Source: Mobula birostris
Taxonomy: Eukaryota
Assembly: GCF_030028105.1 (NCBI RefSeq)
Contig: NC_092393.1
Span: 40,339,248 to 40,403,247 of the forward strand
Length of the DNA stretch: 64,000 nt
Direction: 5' to 3'
A program made the translations under genes and the position numbers. This document shows, one piece after another, positions 12,993 through 25,815 of the stretch (its first letter is position 1; every line of letters begins with the position of its first letter). Below the pieces are notes generated by a model that ran no database searches, was not told the origin of the DNA, and worked only from the letters and a program-made list of their open reading frames with translations.

Positions 12993-13104
12993 GAAGCGAA
13001 GACGGAGCTGTAAAGATGAGGAAAGCCAGCCTGTCCCACCACCAAAACGTCTTAGCAACAATAATTTGTTGCAGGATCTACCAAGAGACAGCTGGGATTG
13101 CGAG
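12993..13104 (+). CDS. FAM104A: FAM104A/VCF1 coding exon 2 (NLS-like RKRRR...PPPKR, DSWDCE)
   Basis: Pyrimidine tract + cag acceptor; encodes (R)KRRRSCKDEESQPVPPPKRLSNNNLLQDLPRDSWDCE, matching FAM104A RKRRR...QDSWDTE; donor GAG|GTTAGA. Confidence 0.9.
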
Positions 13105-13364
13105 GTTAGATATTAACTGCAAGTTGTTGTATTATGTAACCATAGAACAATGCTTTTCATCAACTGATGTACCAACAACCAGGTTAACATATTCTGGTAT
13201 GAATTATCACCATTTGGGAAAAGGAGGAGGAGAGCAAAAATATAGAGATCCTCACCAGAAATGTGGATTTTACATCCTCTGCAGAGATTTACTTTCTAAA
13301 TTTAAGTCAGTTTCTCATTTATTCTTTTACTTTTGTTTTATAAATATAGAGATGGCTTTATTAA

Positions 13365-13555
13365 GATCTGAAGGTCGCTAGTTCGAGCCTTAGCTCTGGC
13401 AGCGTGTTTGTGTCCTTGAGCAAGGCACTTAACCACAAATTGCTCGATTGTGTGAGGAGTGGCGCCCCACACAGATTTCCAATCTGCGCCTTGTAAGGCA
13501 TGAAAATGCCCGACGCAGGCCTCTCATGGTCTGAGTCGACGTTCCCTTCCCTTCA
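13365..13555 (+). mobile_element. CORE-type tRNA SINE, 5' truncated
   Basis: B-box gttcgagcc, CORE-like gtgtccttgagcaaggcacttaacc, (ccctt)n tail; CpGs retained. Confidence 0.65.
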
Positions 13556-14044
13556 TTAACCTTCCTCAAAAATATTCTTTGGTGTGACACATCTTGTATG
13601 TCTTGTTTATTTTGACAAAAGTGTAGGTAAGAAGTATTAATTACAATAATAATGAGCTCAGGAGTTGTCTTAGATTAAGGAAAAAGTGGTGGCATTGGGA
13701 GGTGGAATGGATACCTTTATTTAAATTTCTCGTACAATAATTGTGAGAAAACAGTGACATAAGTTCCGAGTGGTGCTGTATATAACTGCCATTAGCTCTG
13801 AATTTGAGCAGGTGTGAAGTAAGACTGTGTCATAGTCCCAGTGCTCAATCCTCCCTAATGTGATGCTGTACCTTGCTTCCAAAATGCTTCTCAATGGAGT
13901 GTTACTAAACTACAGGACAAATGAAGAAACTCTTCAATGTATGGTACCTCCGAACTATGGGAATTGACAGTATCCCTTATGGTGCTGACACAGAAATTGA
14001 GTCAAGAGGTAGAAGGGTTGGGATTTCTGAGTGTGCAATAATGT

Positions 14045-14850
14045 ACGGTTGCAAGAAAATGTTTGTAAACCCTTTACAATTACCTGTTTTTCTGCATTAA
14101 GTACTCACAAAATGTGGTCTGATCTTCATCTGAGTCATAATAATAGACAAACACAATCTGCCTAAGCTAATAACACACAAATAATTGTACTTTTCATGTC
14201 TTTATTGAACACATTGTTTAGTCATTCACTGTCCAGGCTGGAAAAAGTATGTAAACCCTTGTATTTAAGAATTGGTAGAATCTCCTTTAGCACCAAATGT
14301 TCCCTGTACCTGCTGATTAGACGTGCACAATGGCAAGGAGGAATTTTAGACCATTCCTCCATTCAAAACTTCCAGTTAGTCAATATTTCTGGGATACCTT
14401 GCATGAACAGCCCTCTTCAGATCATGCCACAACATCTCAATTGGGGTAAGGTCTGGACTCTGACTTGGCCATTCCATGACACAAATTTTCTTCTTTTTAA
14501 CCCAATCTGTTGTTGATTTGCTCTTGTGTTTTGGATCATTGTCTTGTATCATCCAACTTCTTTTAAGCTTCAGGTGACTGACTGCTACCCTGACGTTCTC
14601 ATGTAAGGTGTCTTGATACAGTTTTTAGTTAATTGTTCCCTCAGCGATGCAAGTTGTCTATTGTTCCTGAGGCAGCAAAGCAGTCCCAAACCACAATGCT
14701 CCTTTCACCATGCTTCACAGTTGGGTTGAGGTTTTGGTGTTGGTGTGCAGTGCCTATTTTCCTCCAAACTTAGCAGTGTGCATTTCTGCCAAAAAGTTAA
14801 ACTTTTGTCTCATCTGTGTGCAGAACATTGTCACAGAAGTTTTACCAGAC
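14045..14850 (-). mobile_element. Tc1-like (IR/DR type) transposon remnant
   Basis: TA then terminal gttgcaagaaaatgtttgtaaaccct with internal repeat ggaaaaagtatgtaaaccct; minus strand shows degenerate DD34E-type blocks (VLWTDETK-like, KHGERSIVVWDCFA, WNGQVRVQTLP). Confidence 0.65.
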
Positions 14851-15453
14851 GTCACCTTTAGTACAAGATACCCATTAACTACAATACACTGATTTTCCTA
14901 ATTTGTTTAACACATTGCTTTTTCCAATGTCATTTCACTTATTAGGATTCATTTAGTTAAATGTTTAACTGGTGAGATTAATATTTTTTGATTCTGATAA
15001 TTGTTTATCCAACTTGGAATGAGCATTCAATTTCTTAATGTTGAACCATTTCTTGGGCCTGAATATACGCACTGTACTGTTAAGTTTGTATTTATGCAGC
15101 AATATGAAATGTTACAAATGTTGACTGATTGTATTTCTTCAAATACATGTAGCTTTTTAAAAATATGAAAGCTTGATGCAGATGTTAAACAGAAGGAAAA
15201 GTACTTTCTATAAATTAACTATAAACATAGTTTAGAGTTGTTACAACACAGCAGGTGATTCGGCCCCTTGACTGCTGCCTCTTCATAGACCAAAACTCAG
15301 TACCATTCCCTTAGTCCTCCTCCTGGAAAATGACTTTTAATCATGATTCTCTGCTTTCTATTTCTTTGCCTTTCTTTTCCAGGTCATTGCTGACTCTTCA
15401 ATTTAGCCAGCATTTTTGTGTGCAAATTTAGTAAAAGTGAAGAAAATCTGAGT

Positions 15454-15725
15454 TGGGCCGGCTGGTGGTGCAATGACATCAGCGCCGGACCCGGGAGCGG
15501 AGGTTCCCGGGTTCGAAACCAGTCAGGTCTACTCCCGAGTATGCTTTCCATCCTTGCTGGGTTGAGCGTCGAGATTGTAACTCGACCTTGTAAAATAAAG
15601 GGGAAAATAAACTGCAAAAATGTCTGTGTGGGGAGTGGCAAGCCACGCAGTCTCTCCCTCTTGCTTCGCGCCTTGTAAAAGCCATGAAAAGACATCATCA
15701 CGGATGCACGCACACACAAAAAAAG
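15454..15725 (+). mobile_element. Young full-length tRNA-derived SINE with 12-bp TSD
   Basis: A-box-like tggtgcaatga, B box ggttcgaaacc, (ca)n/A tail, perfect TSD gaaaatctgagt at 15442-15453 and 15726-15737; CpG-rich. Confidence 0.85.
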
Positions 15726-16067
15726 GAAAATCTGAGTAAACAGCATCCAAAAGGCATGTTTTAGAAAGACCAAGCTAATTATCCTTTAAATTCACACATC
15801 TTCAAGAGTCTGCTCATTTCTTTTCCGATTATTGTTTCTACAAACTTCCCCGCAATTAAAGTTAAACTTACCAACCTGTGGTTACTAGGTCTGTCCTTAA
15901 CAGCACAATTTGAATAAAGTGTTACATTTGTATTCAGTTGTTTTGATAAGCAGAGATATGAATGAGAAATTGTAAAAAAAAAGTTAAAAGTTCCTCTGTG
16001 TATGCTATACCTTACAGTTGTAGCATTTGTTCTTACCAGTTAACTCAGTCTCTTTTGCTCTCTACAG

Positions 16068-16292
16068 TCCTCAAGCAGTGATAGCAGCAGTATTGTCAGC
16101 AGTCCTGACAGACTGAATGGACACTTACCGGCTGAAGCCAACTTGAACTGGACCAAGCCAGGCAACAGCTCAACTATGCTTCAATTTTCTGATTCCATTG
16201 AACAGTCTGCACAAGGTCCATACTTGCAAATCAATCAGATCCTGAAAGAGGCACACTTCTATAGCTTGCATCAGCGTGGACATCAAACGTGA
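16068..16292 (+). CDS. FAM104A: FAM104A/VCF1 last coding exon (Ser-rich tract + C-terminal p97/VCP-binding helix)
   Basis: ctctctacag acceptor; SSSSDSSSIVSSPDR...QGPYLQINQILKEAHFYSLHQRGHQT*, matching FAM104 C-terminus [20 protein letters not shown]; total CDS 354 nt. Confidence 0.92.
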   Translation, partial: SSSSDSSSIVSSPDRLNGHLPAEANLNWTKPGNSSTMLQFSDSIEQSAQGPYLQINQILKEAHFYSLHQRGHQT

Positions 16293-17342
16293 CCAGACTG
16301 GGACTGTGTGCCTTCAATGAAGGACGGGGACTGTAAATGTAACTTTTTTTGCAGTGGATGTTTGTATTTAGATGATTGAAATTGCACAATCTTTTTCCTT
16401 TTTGCTCCATTTGGTTTAAAATAATACCATCTCTTCACTCTTCAAATGCCGTTGGACATAAGTAATATCAAATTTGTGGGGACTATAACAGCACAACTGT
16501 AGCCTTGATTGCTTAATTTACCCCTGTGGCACAAATCTGACTCAGTAAATCTATTCTCTGAAGAATTAGTCAACAATTGAGCAAAGTCTTCCCAATAATA
16601 TTGCAAAAATTTGTTGGAGTTGTTTTATAATGAGAAATAATGTGATGGTGTTTATATTTCGTACACAGTAAGTTCAACTTGGTCAAAGAAATGGTTTTGT
16701 ATTTCCATTGTATTTAAAAAAAATATTAATCTGCTTTACAGCCAAATTGAAGGTGTTAAAAACAAATGTATATTTCCACTAGGATTGGAATGTTACTTTA
16801 CAAGCAGATCTTTGAGAGACCATAAAGTGCATATAGTACATTTTTTAGTTTCCTGTTTAGGCTTGTACATGAGATTTGATCTGGGATCCTATGTAACAAA
16901 AAAAAATCAAAATGGGTTCTTTTAATCCATGGTTATATTATTCTTTCATTGAGATTGTATTTGGAAAGCACCCTAAACTGCATTAAAGCAGAACAAGTAC
17001 CCTTGGTTACAGTTATAAGCCATTCCCAGAGAAGTGTATTTTAGCTTTAACATGCAAATGAAATTGATGGCTGTGAGAAAATTGAGAAATTAGTCTGCTG
17101 GTCTGGAGGTTTGAGGTTTGATTCCCTAGTTTTTGTTACTATTTGATCTTGGTTGCAAAGAGTCGAAGGCCTTTTTTTAACTGATTATCCATAGCAGATG
17201 TGTTCATGTAGCAAAGAATTGTGTGGTCAAAAACTGCTGACAGTTGGGTGGTATAAGAGAGGCAACCTATCAAGAGTCACAACTTGAGGGCAATAGGAAA
17301 ATAAAATTAAATAGTTATCTTAAGTTATTTAACTGTTGTTTG

Positions 17343-17583
17343 AATAAAAGCATTTCTCAAGTATTAGTCAATGACACACTTAATGACATTCCTGTTTTTA
17401 TATGAAAGCCTCAGGGTGTACCAGCCTGAATCTTAATTTAGAATGGAACTGCAAATTTGATTTTCGTCAGGGATTTTTTTTAATTCGTTGTAGAACTGAA
17501 ACTTTATTTGTAAGACTAAAATTACCAAATTTATCCTTCAGAAAAAAACTGCAAAATTATTGTAACCATTTTTGCTCAATAAA
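17343..17583 (+). terminator. Candidate FAM104A polyadenylation signals (AATAAA at 17343, 17578; more at ~17913 and 18851)
   Basis: AATAAA hexamers in AU-rich, largely repeat-free region after the stop; usage not determinable. Confidence 0.4.
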
Positions 17584-20215
17584 ATTTAATAAGATCATTT
17601 GAAATACAATCAAGAATACAGTGATGTGGAAGTCCAGAGTACGTGAATGTTAGTTTTGACACTAACTTGCCATGAGATCTGGTGTTGATGCACAGCACTC
17701 CGTGCAGTTTTTATTTATTATTTGCATCCTTTTTAACTTGCCACTGTATTAAAGATCAGGTTCAGCCTGGAACAATTCAGAATATTATAACATTAAGATT
17801 CTGGACAGCTTGCTCTTTAAAATGTTTTAAATAACTTTTACTTGTCAGTAAATTCATCAGTTTGTTCTTAAGTGTTCATGGGCTCTACAGTTTAATTGCA
17901 CTCATATTTTTCAATAAATCACTGATCAATTTGAATTGGGAACAAGTGACTACATTTTAAAGTGAGAACATTTTAAATGAGTACATATGTTGATGTTAAG
18001 TAAGAAATTAGTCTTCTGGATGATAAAAAAAAATACTATATTGATACCAACTTTAGTTTGTTTAAGTTAGAATTTCTTATGGCAGAACTTGAGAGTATTA
18101 CAGTTGATTTTCTTTATCATCTGGGGAAGTACTACAACAGGCATCTCATTGAGATCTACAATCACAGCAAATAATTTAAAGGATGAAATGCATCCTTTCT
18201 GAAGGATTTATTTGCACTTTGCCCAGGATAAAATGCAAATAATAATTTAAAGTATGTCGGTTTGGTCTCTGCTTGCAGTTACTCTACAATCATTTCACTG
18301 TGGCATTGAGATGATGCACATTAGGGAGGCAGCAAGTAAAAAAGATAATATGGACAAGGTTTTAAAATAAAGAGCCAGTACACTTTTTAAAAATGTTATT
18401 TTTTTCTTCATCAAGCAGCATGTTCAAAGTGGTAGATGTTACATTGCTAGTTAGGTCATCAATAAATCTCATTAGAGCAATATGTGGAGGGCCACAATGG
18501 AAAGGAAACAGAACACTGTACCTCAAATATGGTGTTTGCAACTTTTGACACCAGTTCCTGGTGAATAATAAAATACTTTACTGATCTAACTTGGCTTGCA
18601 TTCAGTAACCATTTCAGGACTTAATTTTAACCAGTAAGTGTAATTTGAGGGTCTTTGTTTATCCTCATACATGCAACATACAAGTAAGTGGATTTGCACA
18701 GATTAGAGCTGTTTTAAATTTTAAAATAGGTATTTTGGACATTTAAGCTGTAACAAAATTCATGACTATTCAAGATCTCATATTGGCAAAGCCTATTGTA
18801 GAAACTTCATTTTTTAAGAGAAATCCATTTCTTGCTTTCAACAATTTTGAAATAAAATTTATTTTACTTAAATTTTTGATGCCTTGGTCTTTGATTTCAG
18901 AGTTATTGAAAGCACTGCCAGTTTCTTGATATTGGCCTTTCTTTAATATGTTTACCTTTGAAATTGCCTTTGTTCAATACATTGTGGAAACTTAGTTCCA
19001 GCTGATAGCAAATTGTGATGCTTTATTTTAGTCTAATAGCTCATTTGATTCTTCATATTTTAAGTGGTCTTATGGTAGTATTTGCATTTGATCTGAAATA
19101 CATTCAGATTTGGGACATTGAGAAAGGTGAAGAATTTTAGCTATATTGATCTTCAATGTGATATTACTGAGAAATGGCTAATTAATTCATGTTATGAACT
19201 AAAGGTGTGGTTCTGGCTCAAAAGAAGAAAGAAAACCAAATTGGTGAATGTTGTGATGCCTTATGCTCTCTGATAGTTGGCCAAAGAACCGAGTAATGGA
19301 TTTGGTAGCTGAGATGTCTGATAAGATTGAATTCCAGGTGTAAATTGGGTATGAATATTATATAAATGTTACTGAAGACATTTTGTAAATTAATTTGTGT
19401 TGTAATTTAGGTGTTCTCACCTATAAATTTGGATATACATCTCTGTGAATATAGGTTTTAAAACAGTGCTTTTTGTTTTGCTGTTGTATTCTATGGTTGT
19501 AAGGAAAGAAAGTGATATTCACTGTTCACCTAAAAATAACTTCTGCTGATACACTATTTTTTGTGTCCCACTAGGGTTCCATGGTATTTACATTTGGAAG
19601 AATAGTCACTAACTGAGGATCTACAATCTCCCACAAAAAATGTAGTAATACCAAGCTATCTAAGTGAAGTTGCGGGAATAATATAATGGATAGAACAGCA
19701 GGGACAGACATCCACACACTTAGCGGTACCATTATCAGGTCTATAGTGTATATATTAGAAAGCAGGCAGATTTAAATGTCTTGAGCAAAATCAGTTACCT
19801 CTGCTTCTGCAGCCACTCCCTCAGTACTATAGAGTCAATGGTTAACTTGGCTTTTTGTACTTGCATTTGTAAAGTGCAACTTTAACTCAACCTCACTTTG
19901 TTGAACATGAGTATAGGCTAATAAATGAGCCACAGCTGACATACAAGACAGATATTGAACAGCATGGAGGCAATATAGACCGCCAGTTTAGAAATCTTAC
20001 TGATGCTGTAAGAAGTTCTCTGGTGCCGTTGGATTTAAGGTCTATTTATAGATCATAGATTTCTCCACAATTTTTATAAGATTAAAATAACTCATTCTTC
20101 CCCATGAGCTGTTCAAATAACATGCAGTGAAAAGTGAGACAAAATCTTCATGATACTAGCATTCTTTCTATTCTTAAGGAAAAGCAGAACAAAATGATCC
20201 CAATGTAGAAATGTA

Positions 20216-21164
20216 CAGTGGATTCTGGTTAACTGGGCACAACAGGAGCGGTGCATTTTGGCCCAATTAAGCAGCTTCCCTAATTAGCCCAAGTTTCATG
20301 GAAATAGTTAAAAGTGTATTTAAAAAAGACAAACTACTGTTTAGCTGAGTAACAAATAGATCAAGTATAGAACAAATTAAAGCACTAACAATGCTTCCAT
20401 GGTACTATAAAATTGTTAACCTTATAAAGAATTGTGGAGAAATCTATGATCTAGATAATAGATTGTCCTTAATACTATGCTTTTGATGATTGCATCCTCC
20501 AAACCTTCATTTTTCATTTGAACATTCAAGATTATTTGCGATACCCTCAAATTCTTTATGGTTCCTAACTTGAAGTGAAATCATTTCATTTTCACTCCTG
20601 GCCATGTCTGGTATCTCCAAGCCTGAATGCTTGAAACTGCAGTGAGCCAAACAATTCCAAATTGGCTTGCTGCTTATTTTACATCAACTATGTGACAAAA
20701 AATCACTGCTTTTTGAACACAAACACACACAGCTGATATTGTTTAAAAACTCACAAAATGCTGGAGGAACTTAGTAGGTCAGGCAGCATCTATGGAATTG
20801 AATAGATGGTCAACATTTCCAGCTGAAACCCTGCTTCAGGACCTGAAATATCGACTGACTGTTCATTTCCTGACCTGAATTCCTCCAGTATTTTGTGTGT
20901 GTTGCTTTGGATTTCAAGCATCTGCAGACTTCCTCATGTTTACGATTTGCTATTTAAAAACTGTTCATTCTAAGCATGGTGCAGTGTTTAATAGCCAAAA
21001 GTGCAGACAACTCACACTAGTTAGAAACTTCTCCAACAGTCCCCTGTCCCAAATAAATGAAGAGAACACTGCCTATTTTCCTGATTTTTTTTTGTTCTTT
21101 AAGAGTTGCCCCAAATAAGCAGCTACCCCAATTAACTGATGGCCCAGTTAACTAGAATCTACTA
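20216..21164. mobile_element. Tigger/pogo-type MITE with nested Penelope-derived fold-back (20750-20945)
   Basis: TA flanks; TIRs cagtggattctggttaactgggc / gcccagttaactagaatctacta; inverted homolog at 60048-60775. Confidence 0.75.
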
Positions 21165-22775
21165 TATTTTAAAATCCTAAGCAGATTGCTTTGAAAATGA
21201 AATGCAAAAAATACTAAAGAGAAATGTTTGGGAGGAGCTAACAGAGGAGTTGGTAGAGGCAGGTAACAGTTCTATTAGCAATAGATGACAACTTTATCAT
21301 GTAGGTCCTAGATGTTCTTAAGTTGAAATCACACGTGATGGCAAATTAGTACCATCACTTCAGATAATTCACTCTCAGGAAGACTGGGCCATATGACTGG
21401 AGTCCCAAGAACTTGATAGATTACATGGGAACTTCCAAGGTTTACAGTCGTTTAAATGGCTGAACATTGCTCGTCTCAATTGAAATTGCTGGCAAAATCC
21501 ACAGGTCTTGGCTACAAAGGCAATTGCTCTAGTTTTCGAGCCTTATTATTTTTGATTCCCGTGGCTGATGTTTCCCCACTCCAGTAAGAAAAAATATATC
21601 ATGCAGGAATCTCTGCATAATAACATTTCCTTTTTACTAACTGGATAATGGCAGAGTTGGCAGAATAATTGTGCAAAACTGGTAGTGATCAGTACAGGTA
21701 ATTGATACTTGCAGAAAAAAATGGGGAAAGAATAGCAAAGCAAATCAATCATATATTAGAATTTTTTTAAAATTTATATTGCTTAAGAACCTGTCTTCAG
21801 ACATCTTCCTCATTCTTAATTCCACTGTATCCTTGGATTACACTGCACATGAAAATTTACAGATTTGATACACATGACAAAATTAAATGTCTACTTGTTG
21901 CTATTTATCACCAATAAATATTGTATCAGCTTTTGAAAACACACGGGTGTGTTTGTCTCAGATAAAATGTCAGCAAAGGAACTAAGCAAATTTAAGAACA
22001 GATGAAATCTAAAAGTTATTTTTCAGGATGTAGTCCTTTAAGAATATTTAGTTTTATTTTTGATTGTGACATACCTAGTGTAATCTACAGCTGCCATAAA
22101 GCAGGAAGTTAGGCTACCACAACTTGCAATACATCAAAACACACATATTTCAGCTGCACTCCCAATACAAAGAATCCATTCCTTCTCAAACTGAATAGGC
22201 AGACAGCTGTCAGAAACCATCTTCAAAATTGTAAACCATTTCATTCCATACTTGGCCATAACAGTTGGCAGCCCAACTAGATAAAAGAAATCTGCTCTTG
22301 TGCTTTTTTATATCTTTTATTTATCATATTCTTTTGGAGCATGCTTTTATTGTGATATGAAGCTACATAAATAATAAATATTTTTCAGTTTCATTTATAT
22401 GGAGTCCAAGTATGCTGCAAAAGAATGTATGATGTGCAATTAAATGTTTTCACAAACAAATTTAATGTTAAAACAGCCACATTCAATAGTCACACTTAAA
22501 TGTTCCATTGTAGTATTTTGAAGGCACAAAATTAATCACTTGGCTTCAAATCTGTCTCAATTTGAGCTACAAATGGTGACCTCAAATTTTCAGCTTGATG
22601 ATATTCATAGCTCTGTGTCACCCAAGTGTACAAATACTGCATTCTGAAACCAAGGCTTCGATAAACAGGTAAGGCAAAGTTCTGTGTGTCTGAGCAGGAA
22701 TAGAAATTAAGTATCTTGTGAGGGAAAGTGCAATATTAGTTTCACCTTAATTTATGGCCAAGTTGACACAAGAAC

Positions 22776-23483
22776 TCATCCACTGCATGAAGGTGTATTA
22801 AGAAATGAGAATGCAGATGGTTGGTTAGATTCAGAGTCGGTCTGTCCAAGATTACTGCACACAAGCTTCACCTCTGTCTTACTGCACATTTTATTCTGTT
22901 CTGTTACACTCTGCATTTCACTTGAAAATCCTTGGTTGACACAGGCCTTCAGACATGGGCGAGGTGCTTCATGTGCCACAAGAACCATATCAGTAAACAG
23001 AGAGGGTCTATTGTCTGTCGTGTCCTCAGAGATTGTGCTCTGGCTCTCAGTTAGTCTGGTTTGCTGTTCATTATGGAAATTATGCTTGCCTGTTGGTGGC
23101 AGCGTACTGAGGTTTACAGGTGGGTTTCTATTCTCAGCACCCACTACAAAGGATGTATTTTGAGTCACGTTTGTATTTTGAGCTTTGCATTCTGATGGTG
23201 GAAATAATGAGTCTTTGTTTTCCTGCGTCTCTGCTCCTTGTGAAGATGAAGGTAAGCACAATAATGATACCTGTGTTTTCTCTGATGGGAAAATCTTTTC
23301 TGAGTCAATATGAAACTGAAGTGGCAGAACCATCATCTTCTCTTTCATCCCTGAGGTGAGTCCCATTAAAGGGGTTACAGTTACACGACAGTGTTTGCCA
23401 CTGGAAACAGCTTGAGAGATTTCTGATGATGAAACCTGTGTTATTGATTTATTTCCATTCAAAGCCTGAAACTGCCTCAGTAT
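22776..23483 (-). CDS. TEPSIN: TEPSIN exon 13 (last; disordered tail with AP-4 ear-binding motifs)
   Basis: Acceptor ttcttttaaag; ILRQFQAL...SLFTDMVLV...SAFSFLNTPSCSG*; SAFSFLN matches the S[AV]F[SA]FLN motif. Confidence 0.9.
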   Translation of the reverse strand: MLRQFQALNGNKSITQVSSSEISQAVSSGKHCRVTVTPLMGLTSGMKEKMMVLPLQFHIDSEKIFPSEKTQVSLLCLPSSSQGAETQENKDSLFPPSECKAQNTNVTQNTSFVVGAENRNPPVNLSTLPPTGKHNFHNEQQTRLTESQSTISEDTTDNRPSLFTDMVLVAHEAPRPCLKACVNQGFSSEMQSVTEQNKMCSKTEVKLVCSNLGQTDSESNQPSAFSFLNTPSCSG

Positions 23484-24309
23484 CTTTAAAAGAAATGAAG
23501 AAAATGTTAATGTTTTCTGAATCCTCTAAAGCTTAGAGGTCTTCATTCCTGCAAGTAATGGACACATTAATAATATGAGAACATTTCCTGCCCACTTCCA
23601 ACTTAACTTTCCTCCTCTGATTAACTTTTTTTGGCTGGAAAAGTTTCTATGGCAATGCTTTCTCAAAGTTAACCATTTGTAGCTGATTGTACACTCCTTG
23701 GATTAGTATTATGATGGCTACAGTAGAATTTGCGCCCAGTCCTGACCCGCATAGGGAGTGCAGAGTAGGCAGCATGGCAACACAGAAGCTAGAGCCAGCA
23801 AAACTTTGGTCCAATCTGTCCCATGTTCACATCGTTCTGGGTCTCAGAACCATTGTGGACAGAATTTGCCTGGGCTCTCCCAACAATGTTCCTATCAATT
23901 AATCCAGAAGTACCCTTCAGCAGGTTGGATCACATCAACAGTGAACTGGCTGTTACAAAAATACAGAACCACCATTAACTAACATCTTTGTTAAACAGTT
24001 TCTGTGGAATATTCTGGCAATCTTCCAGTGGTTATGCTGGAAATCCATGGAACCACAGGAGAGTTTTGTAGCTTTCCAACCAAGTGACTATCTCAGTTAA
24101 ACCCAAACATCCAAAAGTGTGACTAGTAGAAGTCCCTGGATTATGCTTTGGAGCAAGAATCATATCCAAAACATTCTGAGACCAGAAGCTGTTCTAGTTT
24201 ATGAGATCACATATTTTATATTGTAAGTTCATCAGACAGGAAGATGAATTGTGAAATGCTCTTTCACAACCACGCAAATTATTCTCATGGTGCCTTCCTC
24301 ACTTTTCTA

Positions 24310-24670
24310 TGCTCTGGCCATTCTCCTTTGACCTTTCTCATTAACAATGTGTTTATACCCACAGAACTGCTGCTCACTAGATGCTTTTGTTTTTCACACC
24401 ATTCTCTGTAAACTCTAGAGACTGTTGTGCATAAAATTCCCAGGAGATCAGCAGTTTCTGAGATACCCATCTGGCACCACAATCATTCCATGGTCAACAT
24501 CGCTTGGATCACATTTCTTCCCCATTCTGATATTTGGTCTGAATGATAACCGAACTTCTTTGACCATGTCTGCATGCTTTTATGCATTGAGTTGCTGCCA
24601 CATGATTGGCTGATTAGATAATTGCATTAACAAGATGTACAGGTGTACCTAATAATGTTGGCAGTGAGTG
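24310..24670 (-). mobile_element. Tc1-like non-autonomous element (same family as 196-721)
   Basis: ORF 24285-24482 has GISETADLLG...TTVSRVYREWCEKQK; terminal motif ends at TA 24671-24672. Confidence 0.8.
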
Positions 24671-24819
24671 TATGTCCAGAAAGAGCCTAAGTTTTTTCTG
24701 TGTTCTATTGAAAGCTCTTCTGTGCAGTACCAAGAACCTTTACCCTTGGTACAATTTTATTTGAAAAGGGAAAATTCTGCATGCATACTTCAATCACGGT
24801 CAAGGAAGAACATATATTA

Positions 24820-25815
24820 AGTGTATGCAAATCAGGCAATCAGTAATCTGGTTCCACTGCTGGTTTGGACATAATTTTTGCCAGCCTAATTTCAAATTTC
24901 CCCCGTCGCCACTGTTTTGCTAGTGCCATTAGTAGAAATAGCTGTTGACACGGTCACTAAAAGAAGCAAGTCATTCCTCTGTTATTCTGCATTTATTTTT
25001 ATAACCTGTGCTTATCTAGCCACAGTCATGTCTTCATTGAATAAAGGAAGTGCTTCTCGTGGTGTAAAGTGTAAACACCATACGTTATCTATACAAGGTG
25101 GAAGTTCTGAAAAAACTCGACAGTGGTGTGTCTGTGGAAAGCATATGCAACTTGTATAACATTGGCTCTATCACAGTTTGTGATACAAAGAAACAAGAAG
25201 AAAATTTGCTCCAGTTTTTTTGCTGACAGTGAATCTAAAAAAAATGTGTGCATAAGGAAAACAATGAAAGATGGAAGATGTTCACAACTACATAAAGTGG
25301 TTTAAACTCCACATTAGTGAAGATGTAGAACTGTCAGGAGAGATAGTGAAGGAACAAGTGAAATTAGTTGATTAAGGATTAGGACTGGAATATGAGTGTG
25401 ATTACAGGGAAGAGTGGCTTCAGTGTTTCAAGCAGCGACATGGCATAAAATTTCATCCAGAGCTTTCAAAGGTATTAAGTAGTTTCCAGTAAATAATGTG
25501 CCAGCAAAAAAGGATGGATTACAACTGACATTACATTGGAATGGTTCGAACATTATTCTGTTTCAGAAGAGAGAGCCTATTGTGACACTGGACAAAAATT
25601 GTAAGAAAATGCTGATTTTAAAAAAACTGCTCTGCGCATCCAAAATAAGAATCCTTGGTACTACTTACAGGGTACTTTAAAGGTAGAGTGAGGAGATCAT
25701 CAAGTGGTTAGAGGTGTTTGTTTATTTAATCATAACCTAACCATCTGTGATTCGGCAAAATCATTAATCCATCATAGGTCCCAATCATTTTGGATTTGTG
25801 GGGTCAACCTGTATT
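24820..25815 (+). mobile_element. Degenerate Tigger/pogo (CENP-B-type HTH) transposon remnant
   Basis: Frameshifted KHHTLSI..KVEVLKKLDSGVSVE..YNIG..FFADSESKK..RKTMK and WLQCFKQRHGI; ends ...caacctg-TA. Confidence 0.6.

Noticed and set aside
12974-13381. 135-aa ORF over FAM104A exon 2
   Set aside because: Different frame from the conserved exon and runs into the intron.
20790-20860. Hammerhead-like motifs here and at ~5120, ~29570, ~59840
   Set aside because: Core residues mutated; treated as dead copies.
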